Assembly: GCA_963828735.1 (NCBI GenBank)
Contig: CAWHFW010000002.1
Span: 512,001 to 576,000, forward strand
Source of the DNA: an uncultured Gemmatimonadales bacterium
GTDB lineage: Bacteria; Gemmatimonadota; Gemmatimonadetes; Gemmatimonadales; GWC2-71-9
Reading direction: 5' to 3'
Length of the DNA: 64,000 nt
Shown here: one piece after another, positions 23,085 through 31,659 of the stretch
Layout of the letters: the number at the start of each line of letters is the position of its first letter
Position numbering within the stretch: position 1 is the stretch's first letter
Notes under the pieces: model-generated
What the model was told of the DNA's origin: nothing
Databases searched by the model: none
Seen by the model: the letters and a program-made list of their open reading frames with translations, nothing else
Position numbers and translations under genes: made by a program

Positions 23085-24444
23085 CGGGGCCAGCGCCGAG
23101 GCCCGAGCATCCGCGGCTGAGGCGGACTTCGGCGTCGAGCGCCTGCCACGGCGCCTCGGCCCCTGGTCCACGGCGGCCGTCACCGTCGGCATCATGATCG
23201 GAAGCGGCATCTTCCGGGTGCCGGCAGCGGCGGCGGCGCACACCGGCAGCGCCGGGGCCATGCTGCTGGCCTGGGTGGTGGGCGGGATCGTGGCGCTGTG
23301 CGGCGCCCTCGCGCTCGCGGAGGTGGCGGCCTTGTTCCCGCGCGCGGGCGGGATGTACGTCTACCTGCGGGAGGCGTACGGCCCCCTCACGGCCTTCCTG
23401 TTCGGGTGGGTCTATCTCATCATCATCCCCGCGGGCCTGGGCGCGATCGCGCTCGTGTTCGCCGAGTATCTGAGCAGGCTGGTGCCGCTGACGCCGAACC
23501 AGGTGCGAACCGTCGCCGCGGGGCTGATCGTGCTGCTCGCCGCGGCGCAGTATCGCTCGCTCCGCTTCGGCGCCGCCATCCAGAACGCATCCACGCTCGC
23601 CAAGGTCACCGCGATCCTCTCGCTCACCGCCGCGGCGTTCGTGCTCGGCACGCCGGGAGGCGCCTGGGCCGCGGGCGGCCCCGTTCATCCGTCCTCGTGG
23701 GGTGGGTTCGGGCTCGGCGTGGTGACCGTGCTCTGGGCGTACAACGGATGGCAGGACGTCACCTGCCTCTCCGGTGAGGTGCGCGACCCGCAGCGTGCCC
23801 TGCCTCGCGCGCTGGTGGGCGGCACGCTCGCCGTGGTCGCGATCTACCTGCTCGCGAATGCGGCCTACCTCCACGTGCTTCCGCTCGATGCGCTCGCGGC
23901 GTCGCCGCTGGTGGCGGCCGACGTCGCGGTGCGCCTGGTGGGGCCCGCGGGCTCCGCCCTCGTCGCGGCGCTGGTGTGTCTCTCGACCTTTGGCTCGGCC
24001 AACGCCGTGATCATGGCGGTCCCGCGCGTGTTCTGGGCGATGGCGGACGACGGGCTCTTCTTCCGTACAGTGGCGGCGGTGCACCCGCGCTACCGGACAC
24101 CCCACATGGCGATCACCGCGATGGCCGCACTGGCGGTCGCCTACGTCGCCCTGCAGAGCTTCGAGCAACTCATCGAGGCGTTCATCCTGGCGAGCCTCCC
24201 CTTCTGGGCCCTGAGCGTGGGCAGCGTCTTCGTATTCCGGCGGAAGCACCCCGAGGCGGTCCGAGTCTACCGGACACCCGGCTATCCGTTCGTGCCATTG
24301 CTGTTCGTGGTGGCGATGACGGCGCTCGTCATCAACTCGCTCGCCGCGCATCCGGAGGCCACCCTCACGAGCCTGGGGGCGATCGCGGCGGGGATACCGC
24401 TCTATCTCCTCTGGCGGCATCGCGGGCGGACTCTCCCCGACTGA
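23077..24444 (+). CDS. APC-family amino acid permease (start uncertain: CTG 23077 or ATG 23194)
   Basis: RRLG...GIMIGSGIF, FPRAGGMYVYLREAYG, WAYNGW and EVRDPQR motifs; about 12 TM segments. Confidence 0.9.
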   Translation: MSSGASAEARASAAEADFGVERLPRRLGPWSTAAVTVGIMIGSGIFRVPAAAAAHTGSAGAMLLAWVVGGIVALCGALALAEVAALFPRAGGMYVYLREAYGPLTAFLFGWVYLIIIPAGLGAIALVFAEYLSRLVPLTPNQVRTVAAGLIVLLAAAQYRSLRFGAAIQNASTLAKVTAILSLTAAAFVLGTPGGAWAAGGPVHPSSWGGFGLGVVTVLWAYNGWQDVTCLSGEVRDPQRALPRALVGGTLAVVAIYLLANAAYLHVLPLDALAASPLVAADVAVRLVGPAGSALVAALVCLSTFGSANAVIMAVPRVFWAMADDGLFFRTVAAVHPRYRTPHMAITAMAALAVAYVALQSFEQLIEAFILASLPFWALSVGSVFVFRRKHPEAVRVYRTPGYPFVPLLFVVAMTALVINSLAAHPEATLTSLGAIAAGIPLYLLWRHRGRTLPD

Positions 24445-24581
24445 GCGGCGGGTGGCCCCTGAGCGGGGCCCTTCGAGCCGCCCCGGCCCGGCATGTCGGG
24501 AGTTTCGCCTGGATTTCGATCTAGATGTGGGCAGGAGTGCCTGGGTGCATTCCGCCCTCTCAGACAACCAGGAGAGTTGGT

Positions 24582-25752
24582 ATGCGCATCAGGAACGGCC
24601 ACGTCGCTCTTTGGGCGCTCGCGTGGTCGGCGGCGATTACGGGCTGCGCCGACGACGGCGCGGATACGGACACGCCGTCTCCCGCGGGTCCCACTATGTC
24701 CGCATCGGTCACGAGTACGCTCGCCGCCGAAGTACGGACCCTGACCGCAGGTCGGGGATCGGCCCCCTCGCCCGGCCCGCACCGGTCCGCCCCGCCCTCG
24801 TCGAGCTCAGCCGGGCGCTGGCGTTCGACAAGATCCTGAGCGGGAACAAGGACATCTCCTGCATGACCTGCCACCTCCCCGGCTTCGCAACCGGCGACGG
24901 TCGCAGCCTGTCCATCGGGCAGGGCGCGACGGGCCTGGGCACCGCGCGGGTCCATCCCCACGGCGATTTCATCCCGCGGAACGCGCCTCCGGCGTTCAAC
25001 CTGTTCGCGAACAAGGCGCTTTTCTGGGACGGCCGGGTCGAGATCGACGGGAAGGGGGCACTCAAGACACCCGCCGGCAACCGCGTCACACCCCATATGG
25101 CGCGGGCCTTCGAGTTCGGCGCGCTCTCGGCGCTGCCCCTGTTCCCGGTGCTCTCGCGTGAGGAGATGCGCGCGGCGGACGGCAACGAGCTCGCCGACAT
25201 CAAGGACAAGCAGCCGCAACAGGTGTGGGAGGCGCTGTGAACCGGCTGGGCAAGATTCCGGAGTACCGTCGGATGTTCGAGGCCGCCTATCCCGGCACTC
25301 GATTCCCCGAGATGACCTTTGGCCACGCGAGCAACGCGATCGCGGGATTCCTGATCGACCAGTTCCCCTTCAACGACTCGCCGTGGGACCGGTTCCTCGC
25401 GGGCAACGACGACGCGATGAGCGAGCTCGAGCTACGCGGCGCGAAGGATTTCATGAGTGCCAGATGCTCGATCTGTCACAACGGGGCCACGTTCTCCGAC
25501 GGCAAGTTCCACAATGCCGCGGTGGCGCAGATCGGACCCGGCAAGGGCGACGGCGCCGACGGTAGGGACGACTTCGGCCGGATGCGCGAGACCGGGGCGG
25601 CGGCTGATCGCTACGCCTTCCGGACCCCCGCGCTTCGGAACGTCGAGTTGACGGTGACGGCATTCATGGTCGCGCTCACGGACCCCGTTGCGCGCGATCT
25701 GGCGCACGCCGTACCCGCGCGAGTACCCAGCGGCCTGCCAATCGACCACTAG
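24582..25752 (+). pseudogene. Di-heme cytochrome c peroxidase/MauG-family pseudogene
   Basis: Lipoprotein leader; LSGNKDISCMTCH, PRNAP, FWDGR, CSICH and FRTPALRNVELT spread over three frames (shifts near 24760 and 25235); C-terminal part is short. Confidence 0.85.
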
Positions 25753-25783
25753 GCGCGCGTCTACAGCCGCTTTCGACTCCGGC

Positions 25784-26164
25784 TCACATGCCCGAGCGTG
25801 CGAGGTGCATCAGATGGCGAAATGCCGCTCCCAGCCACGACGGCTCGCCGTCGCCGGGAATCAGGAACGGCATTCGCGGCGGCTCCGGTCCAGGCGGCGC
25901 GCTTGGAGCCTGTGCGTCGCCTTCGCGTGTTGCGCCCCTGAGCGGCGTCCGGAAGCGGGAGCGCAATCGCTGGACGCTCTCCGGCCCCAACTCGGTCTCG
26001 ACCTTTCGATACTCGGGGTGGACGGTGATGGGCAGCCATCGATTGCGGGTCTTATGGAAGATGAGCGCCTGGGGCCCGAGCTCACCACGTCGGATGGCCG
26101 CGCCAAGGGCCTGCGCGGACGGGTACTGACACCGTTGTCCCGATGCGGGCTCCACGAGAAACAT
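25784..26164 (-). CDS. Hypothetical protein
   Basis: MFLVEPASGQRCQYPSAQALGAAIRRGELGPQALIFHKTRNRWLPITVHPEY reads like a compact domain; TTGACA at 26285-26280 upstream. Confidence 0.55.
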   Translation of the reverse strand: MFLVEPASGQRCQYPSAQALGAAIRRGELGPQALIFHKTRNRWLPITVHPEYRKVETELGPESVQRLRSRFRTPLRGATREGDAQAPSAPPGPEPPRMPFLIPGDGEPSWLGAAFRHLMHLARSGM

Positions 26165-26308
26165 GGGAATCTCACGGGTTGAAGTCCCGACACACCTCAC
26201 TGGGTTGCCGGTTCTCCTGGGGCCGGCCGGATGTGTCCTGCAGGGAGTGGTTTCCGTCGATACTGCAAGAACCAGCACCTGTCAAGCAGGCGGGGGCCCC
26301 GAAATGAG

Positions 26309-26860
26309 TTATGTCGGCATGAGGCCACGGAGTCGGAACGGCTCCCGGAAGGGCACCAACCGCACGGTCCGTTCGGCCTGGCGCGGTTCGACGGAATCGG
26401 CTCGGGGCATCGGCTCCTCGACCGCCCGCAGCGTCCGGTAGTCGACCACCACGAACCGCCGCGGGCTCGCCGCCTCGCCCAGCAGCGTAAGACCGCGCCC
26501 GTCCCGCGACACCGTCCACAGGCCTACATAGAGGAAAGAGATCTCCTCGTCGCAGGCCTGGTCACGATGGGTTTGACGGAGGACGAACAGGCTGTCGGGG
26601 TACAGCGTGAGCGAGATGTCGGTGCGCGGGCCGGCCGCGCACGCGGTACCGCTGGCGTATGTCCCGGGCACCGTCAGCCGCCGGTCGGCCACCGGTCGCT
26701 CGCCTGTGAAAGGCGTCGGAGCGGTTGCATCGCTCCGGCTCGTGGCGGGGACGCAACCCAGCACCCCGGCGAGCACCACCGCGCCGACGCGGACCCCCCA
26801 GCGAAAACCCGCGGCGAGCTCAGGCGGGGCGGCTCTCGGCCTGCTTGCTGGGTTCGGCAT
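26309..26860 (-). CDS. Lipoprotein with an NlpE N-terminal-like domain
   Basis: Lipobox VLGC; PGTYASGTAC...LTLYPDSLFVLRQT...GLW resembles the NlpE N-domain; start uncertain. Confidence 0.55.
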   Translation of the reverse strand: MPNPASRPRAAPPELAAGFRWGVRVGAVVLAGVLGCVPATSRSDATAPTPFTGERPVADRRLTVPGTYASGTACAAGPRTDISLTLYPDSLFVLRQTHRDQACDEEISFLYVGLWTVSRDGRGLTLLGEAASPRRFVVVDYRTLRAVEEPMPRADSVEPRQAERTVRLVPFREPFRLRGLMPT

Positions 26861-27506
26861 GGAGCTGAATCGGCTCTCGTTCCTGGAGGCCGAAGACGGT
26901 CGCCGCCAGGGCACCACCCGCCAACGGGCCGATGATGTAGAGCCAGAGGTTGGCCATCGTGCCGCCGGACACGGACGCGTCCACCAGGATAGGCCCGATG
27001 CCGACGGCGGGATTGAACGCGCCGCCCGAGATCGGTCCGCCGGCGAACGCCGCGACGACGATGGTGAAGCCGATCGCCAGGCCGTAGAACGAATTGCCGT
27101 GCGTCTTGGCGGACGCCGCCGAGTTGAGGACCACCAGCGCCAGCGCGAACGTATAGAGGATTTCGATCAACAACGCCCGCATCCCCGACGCGTCCGCGGC
27201 GGGAGCGGGCGCGAAGGTCCGACCCGTGACCGCGAGGACCACGAGGGCCGCGACCAGGGCGCCCGCCACCTGGCTCACGATGTACCCGGTGAACTCGGCC
27301 ACCGACGCCATCTTGCCCCGGAGCAGGACGGCCAGCGAGACGGCGGGGTTGTAGTGCCCACCGGACACGTGCCCGCCCATGTACACCATCACCATGAGGG
27401 AGCAGCCGATGGCCAATGGCGCGAGGGCGGTGCCGTTCAGCACCGTGAGCCCGATGGTGAGCACGAGGAAGAACGTCCCGATGAACTCGGTCAGGTAGTT
27501 CCGCAT
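26820..27506 (-). CDS. Aquaporin (MIP family)
   Basis: EFIGTF; two NPA boxes (SGGHYNPAVS, SGGAFNPAV). Confidence 0.96.
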   Translation of the reverse strand: MRNYLTEFIGTFFLVLTIGLTVLNGTALAPLAIGCSLMVMVYMGGHVSGGHYNPAVSLAVLLRGKMASVAEFTGYIVSQVAGALVAALVVLAVTGRTFAPAPAADASGMRALLIEILYTFALALVVLNSAASAKTHGNSFYGLAIGFTIVVAAFAGGPISGGAFNPAVGIGPILVDASVSGGTMANLWLYIIGPLAGGALAATVFGLQEREPIQLHAEPSKQAESRPA

Positions 27507-27521
27507 GAGCTCCGTCCCGGC

Positions 27522-28520
27522 TCAGGCACTCGTGCCGACGTGCGCGTGGTGAACGACGCACCGACCGATGGTCATGTCCAGCCAACGATGGTTCAGCGTC
27601 AGCGATCGCCCGATCAGCACCATCCGGCTGCGCGGCGGCTCCCTGCCCCACAGCGTGTCCCGCTCGAGGGTCCAACGCGAGCCAACGAGGTGGAAGTCGT
27701 ATCGATGCAACGGATCTTCCTCGAGGAAGAGCACACCGGTTCCCCGCAGGATCCCGTCCGGCAGGTTCGCCGCCCACCACCGCACGGCGGCGCCGTCGAG
27801 CGGGTCATCGAAGCCGCAAGCCCAGGAGCCATACTCCGGGTCGCCGAGGATGGGCTCGGCCAGGGTGACGCTCGATGGTGGGGCCGGCCGGGTCGGCTCT
27901 TCCCGTTCCTGCGACAGCACGAGCGGCAGGTGGACGCGCCCGTGCGAGGTCTCGACCAGCCGCGCCGCGGGAACGAACTCCGAGATCCAGTCGCACACCG
28001 CGTTCTTCTCCATCTCCGTGACCTGATCGACCTTGTTGAGGACGATCAGATCGGCCGTAAGGAGCTGCTGCCTGAGCGGTGCGCCGATGATGCGGTCCAG
28101 CGCGTGGGTCCGCACCGCCTCGGCATCCACCACCACGACCGTGCCGTCGAGCCGAAGCCCACCCAGGCCGACGGACTCGGCGATGCGTCGAGGGTTGGAC
28201 ATGCCACTCGCCTCGATCAGGATCTGATCGGGCGGCAACCTGCGGCTTCGAAGCCCCGCGAGCGCGAGGACCAGCTCGGTGGATCGAGCGCAGCAGATGC
28301 AGCCGTCCGCGAGGGTGATGGTGCCCCCGGGTTCGAGCAACTCGGGGTCGAGGTCGGTGCTGCCGAAATCGTTCACGATCACGGCTAGCCGGCGCTCGCG
28401 GCTCTGGGCGAGGACGTGGTTCACGAGCGTGGTTTTGCCCGCGCCGAGATGGCCCGCGATGATGGTCACGGGAATCGCGTCCCTACGGCCGACTTGATGG
28501 TTCAGCATTTTGACCCGCAT
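27522..28520 (-). CDS. CobW/COG0523 G3E GTPase metallochaperone
   Basis: IPVTIIAGHLGAGKTT, VNDFG, GCICC, IEASG and LNKVD motifs. Confidence 0.92.
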   Translation of the reverse strand: MRVKMLNHQVGRRDAIPVTIIAGHLGAGKTTLVNHVLAQSRERRLAVIVNDFGSTDLDPELLEPGGTITLADGCICCARSTELVLALAGLRSRRLPPDQILIEASGMSNPRRIAESVGLGGLRLDGTVVVVDAEAVRTHALDRIIGAPLRQQLLTADLIVLNKVDQVTEMEKNAVCDWISEFVPAARLVETSHGRVHLPLVLSQEREEPTRPAPPSSVTLAEPILGDPEYGSWACGFDDPLDGAAVRWWAANLPDGILRGTGVLFLEEDPLHRYDFHLVGSRWTLERDTLWGREPPRSRMVLIGRSLTLNHRWLDMTIGRCVVHHAHVGTSA

Positions 28521-28534
28521 CAGGGCGAGCTCGA

Positions 28535-29530
28535 TCAGTCGCGTGACGGACGGGCGACGCACCGGAACCCGACGTGGCACGTGGACGTGTCCACTGGCTC
28601 GGGGAAGCGTGCGGCCGGGCGATAGCGACGGCAGTAGTTCGGTGCGCAGAGATGCGAGCCGCCCTTGAGCACCTTGCGCGGTATGCGGATAGCGGGCTGG
28701 GACGGGTCGTAGCTCTCGACCTCTGCGCACCCGCGCGGATTGTGCGGGGCGCAGCAGGCCTTCGGTGGATCGCCCGGATGGCTCGCCCGATACCAGTCGG
28801 TGGTCCACTCCCACACGTTGCCGATCATGTCGAACAACCCGTACCCGTTCTCCGGGAAGGTCCCGACGGGTGAGGTCCCCTCGTAGCCGTCCTCCACTCG
28901 ATTGTGCCAGGGGAACTCACCCTGCCAGGTGTTGGCCATGACGTGGCCCTCTGGCATGAACTGCTCCCCCCAGGCGTAGGTCGCTCCGTCCAGACCACCG
29001 CGGGCCGCAAACTCCCACTCGGCTTCCGTCGGCAGCGCCTTGCCCGCCCATCGGGCGTACGCCTCGGCATCGCTGTAAGCCACGTGCACGACCGGATGCC
29101 GCTCCAGACCCGCGATCGAGCTCCCGGGGCCCTGTGGATGGCGCCAGTCGGCATCCTTCACGTACTGCCACCAGTTGCCGATCTGGCCTCGATCCACCGG
29201 GCCCGCCGGCTTCACGAACACCAGTGAGCCGGCGTAGAGCATCTCCGGCAACGCGCCGGGATAGTCCTCCGGCTTCGGCACGAGCTCCGCGAAGGTGACG
29301 TATCCCGTCTCCTCCACGAAGCGCGCGAACTCCTCATTGGTGACCGGCCGGCGGTCGATCCAGAAGCCATCGACCGAGGCCTGGTGCACCGGGCGCTCCT
29401 CCGGGTAGTGCCGATCGGAACCCATCCGGAAGCCGCCTCCCGCGATCCACACCATCTCCGGATCGGGGGCCGCCGAGCCCAGCGCCTGGGGCGCGAGCTC
29501 GGCGGGTACGGCAGAAGTCTCGTGATTCAT
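28535..29530 (-). CDS. Formylglycine-generating enzyme (sulfatase maturase) family
   Basis: LPTEAEWEFAARGG, GNVWEW and KGGSHLCAPNYCRRYRPAAR...GFRC motifs with the catalytic Cys pair. Confidence 0.93.
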   Translation of the reverse strand: MNHETSAVPAELAPQALGSAAPDPEMVWIAGGGFRMGSDRHYPEERPVHQASVDGFWIDRRPVTNEEFARFVEETGYVTFAELVPKPEDYPGALPEMLYAGSLVFVKPAGPVDRGQIGNWWQYVKDADWRHPQGPGSSIAGLERHPVVHVAYSDAEAYARWAGKALPTEAEWEFAARGGLDGATYAWGEQFMPEGHVMANTWQGEFPWHNRVEDGYEGTSPVGTFPENGYGLFDMIGNVWEWTTDWYRASHPGDPPKACCAPHNPRGCAEVESYDPSQPAIRIPRKVLKGGSHLCAPNYCRRYRPAARFPEPVDTSTCHVGFRCVARPSRD

Positions 29531-29549
29531 CTGCCACCCCTGCTCCAGG

Positions 29550-30920
29550 TCAGTTGAGCCGGGTGAGCTCAACCCGACGATTCTGCGCCCGTCCCTCAGC
29601 CGTCTTGTTGGATGCGATGGGCTTGTCCGGGCCGTAGCCGTGGGACGTGACCTGGCCAGGGGACGCGCCGTTCGCCTCGAGGAAGTCCTCGACCGACTTC
29701 GCACGTGACGCCGAGAGCTTCAGGTTGCTCTTGCGCGATCCGCTGTTGTCGGTGTGACCGGCGACCTCCACCCGGACCTCGGGGTTGGCCGCCAGGGCCT
29801 TGGCGGTTTCAACCAGGGCCGCCTTGCTCTCGTCACTCAGCGTGCTCTTGCCCGACGCGAAGGTCACCCCCGGCAGGACGATGGTCTTGGCCGCTCCCTG
29901 GAACAGCTGGGGGCATCCGGTCGCGTCGACTGCCTGGCCGTTCGGCGTGTCGGGGCACTTGTCCGCCTCGTCGTTCACCCCGTCGGCGTCGGTGTCGGGT
30001 ATGCAGCCCTTGGCGTCCACCTTCGCACCTGCCGGCGTGTCGGCGCACTGGTCCAGATTGTCCTTCACGCCATCGCCGTCGGTGTCCTTCTGGCTGGCGG
30101 AGCATCCGTCGTGATCCGCCGGTTCCCCGGCCGGCGTGTCGGCGCACTTGTCGATGTTGTCGATGACGCCGTCATGGTCCTTGTCGAGCTGCTCCGGGGC
30201 GCACCCGTTCGCGTCCACCTTGGCGCCGGCGGCGGTGTTCGGGCACTTGTCGGCGTTGTCCTTCACGCCGTCCTTGTCGGTGTCCCGCTGGCTCGCCGAG
30301 CAGCCGGAGGCATCCACGGCCTCGCCCACGGGCGTGCCGAGACACTTGTCGCCGCCGTCCTCGACGCCATCCTTGTCGCGATCGTACTTGTTGTTGAGCA
30401 GCAGCAGAGCGCCGGCCTGGACGCCGAGGTTCATGTAGTTGTCAAGCGTCGAGTTCTTCGGGCTCGGCACGTAGTCCAGCGTCCCGTCGACCTGGAGCGC
30501 GAGGACCTTGTTCAGACCGAAGCGGAGGCCCAGCAGGCCGGTGATGCCATCGTCGCTGGCATCCGCATCCTTGCCGAACTTCTCGTGTACGTAGCCCGCA
30601 CCCAACCGAATCGCGCTGGACCAGCCGCGGAGCGGGAGGTGGAGGACGAGGCGACCGCGGATGGGCGTGTCGGAGATGTTCCCGATGTCGTTGGTGTCGC
30701 TGGTGCTGGTGGTCGCCGCCTCGGCCTCGAGCGCCACGTTGCGCGCGAAGAAGATGCCAAGGAAGCCTCCGCCCCCGACTTTGTCTTTGAGGTTGAGGTC
30801 GTTGTCGTAGAAGGAATAGCGGGCGAAGCCGCCGATCTCGAAGGCACCCGGGCTTTGGGCGACACAGGGGGCCGCGACTGCCAGCAGGACTCCGAGGAGG
30901 GATAACGTGCGCGTGACCAT
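29550..30920 (-). CDS. OmpA/OprF-like outer membrane protein with TSP3-like Ca-binding repeats
   Basis: Signal peptide; N-terminal barrel; D-x-DGV-x-D-x-x-D-x-C repeats; GHTD...LSASRA...NRRVE OmpA C-domain. Confidence 0.93.
   Translation of the reverse strand: MVTRTLSLLGVLLAVAAPCVAQSPGAFEIGGFARYSFYDNDLNLKDKVGGGGFLGIFFARNVALEAEAATTSTSDTNDIGNISDTPIRGRLVLHLPLRGWSSAIRLGAGYVHEKFGKDADASDDGITGLLGLRFGLNKVLALQVDGTLDYVPSPKNSTLDNYMNLGVQAGALLLLNNKYDRDKDGVEDGGDKCLGTPVGEAVDASGCSASQRDTDKDGVKDNADKCPNTAAGAKVDANGCAPEQLDKDHDGVIDNIDKCADTPAGEPADHDGCSASQKDTDGDGVKDNLDQCADTPAGAKVDAKGCIPDTDADGVNDEADKCPDTPNGQAVDATGCPQLFQGAAKTIVLPGVTFASGKSTLSDESKAALVETAKALAANPEVRVEVAGHTDNSGSRKSNLKLSASRAKSVEDFLEANGASPGQVTSHGYGPDKPIASNKTAEGRAQNRRVELTRLN
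29930..30385 (-). repeat. Five intragenic thrombospondin type 3-like repeats (about 30-33 aa each)
   Basis: DRDKDGVEDGGDKC, DTDKDGVKDNADKC, DKDHDGVIDNIDKC, DTDGDGVKDNLDQC, DTDADGVNDEADKC. Confidence 0.85.
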
Positions 30921-30977
30921 ACCAGCTCCGCTTAGGGGGGCGACGGCACAGTAGGCGGCCGCCAGAGTGAGCGATAC

Positions 30978-30991
30978 TGAACCTTCGGCTA
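30978..30991 (-). promoter_or_regulatory. Regulon box 1 (ompA-FGE-cobW-aquaporin-nlpE unit)
   Basis: Minus TAGCCGAAGGTTCA, 24 nt, TACTGT. Confidence 0.7.
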
Positions 30992-31002
30992 GGTGCTGAA
31001 GC

Positions 31003-31380
31003 CTAGGGCGCGATCAAGGACCAGATCAAAGCAGCCGCCTGAACCAGGATCAGGACGACCGACATGAGGAATGCCCCGGACTTGCGCGCCGGCGGTGCGC
31101 CGAGCCGCTTGCGCTCGGACACGTACTGAACAGTGGCCCCCGAGAGCGTGAGCAGGCCGAGCGCCATGATGGCGAGCCCCAGCGAGCGCGGCTCCAGATC
31201 CCTGGAGGCCGAGGGGTGGACCGGGTGTTCCTCACGGACGAACTCGAAGAACTTGAGCAGGCTGAAGCCGAAGGTGAGCATCGACAGGCCGGTGCGAACC
31301 CACGCCATCTGGGTGCGCTCGAGGGCCATCATCGTGCGCTCGCGAGCGAGCTCGTCGGAGCTGAGACGGGGAGCCGTCAT
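31003..31380 (-). CDS. DUF202/YidH-family inner membrane protein
   Basis: LARERTMMALERTQMAWVRTGLSMLTFGF motif; 3 TM segments. Confidence 0.88.
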   Translation of the reverse strand: MTAPRLSSDELARERTMMALERTQMAWVRTGLSMLTFGFSLLKFFEFVREEHPVHPSASRDLEPRSLGLAIMALGLLTLSGATVQYVSERKRLGAPPARKSGAFLMSVVLILVQAAALIWSLIAP

Positions 31381-31536
31381 CGCGGACAAGTAGAGTGATG
31401 GGGCAACCAGGTCCCAGTCGGCGCCAGCTTCGGGGGCCGCCGAAGTTGAATCGCAGGTTGAGCCGAGCCTCAGCCGCCGAGCGCACAAGAGAACAGCCGG
31501 CTCGTCACACTGCCGCGAGACACCAGACGTGGCCAC

Positions 31537-31550
31537 TGGACCTTCGTACA
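31537..31550 (-). promoter_or_regulatory. Regulon box 2 (DUF202 gene)
   Basis: Minus TGTACGAAGGTCCA, 24 nt, CAGTGT. Confidence 0.75.
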
Positions 31551-31609
31551 TGCGCGTCCGAAGCGGCTGACCGGCCCGCGTTCGAGCGGCCGCCAAGGCA
31601 CCGCAAGGT

Positions 31610-31623
31610 TACACCAAAGTTCA
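31610..31623 (+). promoter_or_regulatory. Regulon box 3 (sensor kinase; possible autoregulation)
   Basis: TACACCAAAGTTCA, 24 nt, GGTAAT; ATG follows after a 6-nt gap. Confidence 0.7.
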
Positions 31624-31659
31624 AGTTGCGCCGATTCCCCGCTGGGGGGTAATTGGGCA

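Noticed and set aside
26280..26320. Left edge of the regulon block as a mobile genomic-island boundary
   Set aside because: No tRNA, integrase, direct repeat or obvious compositional step seen; mobility is not supported
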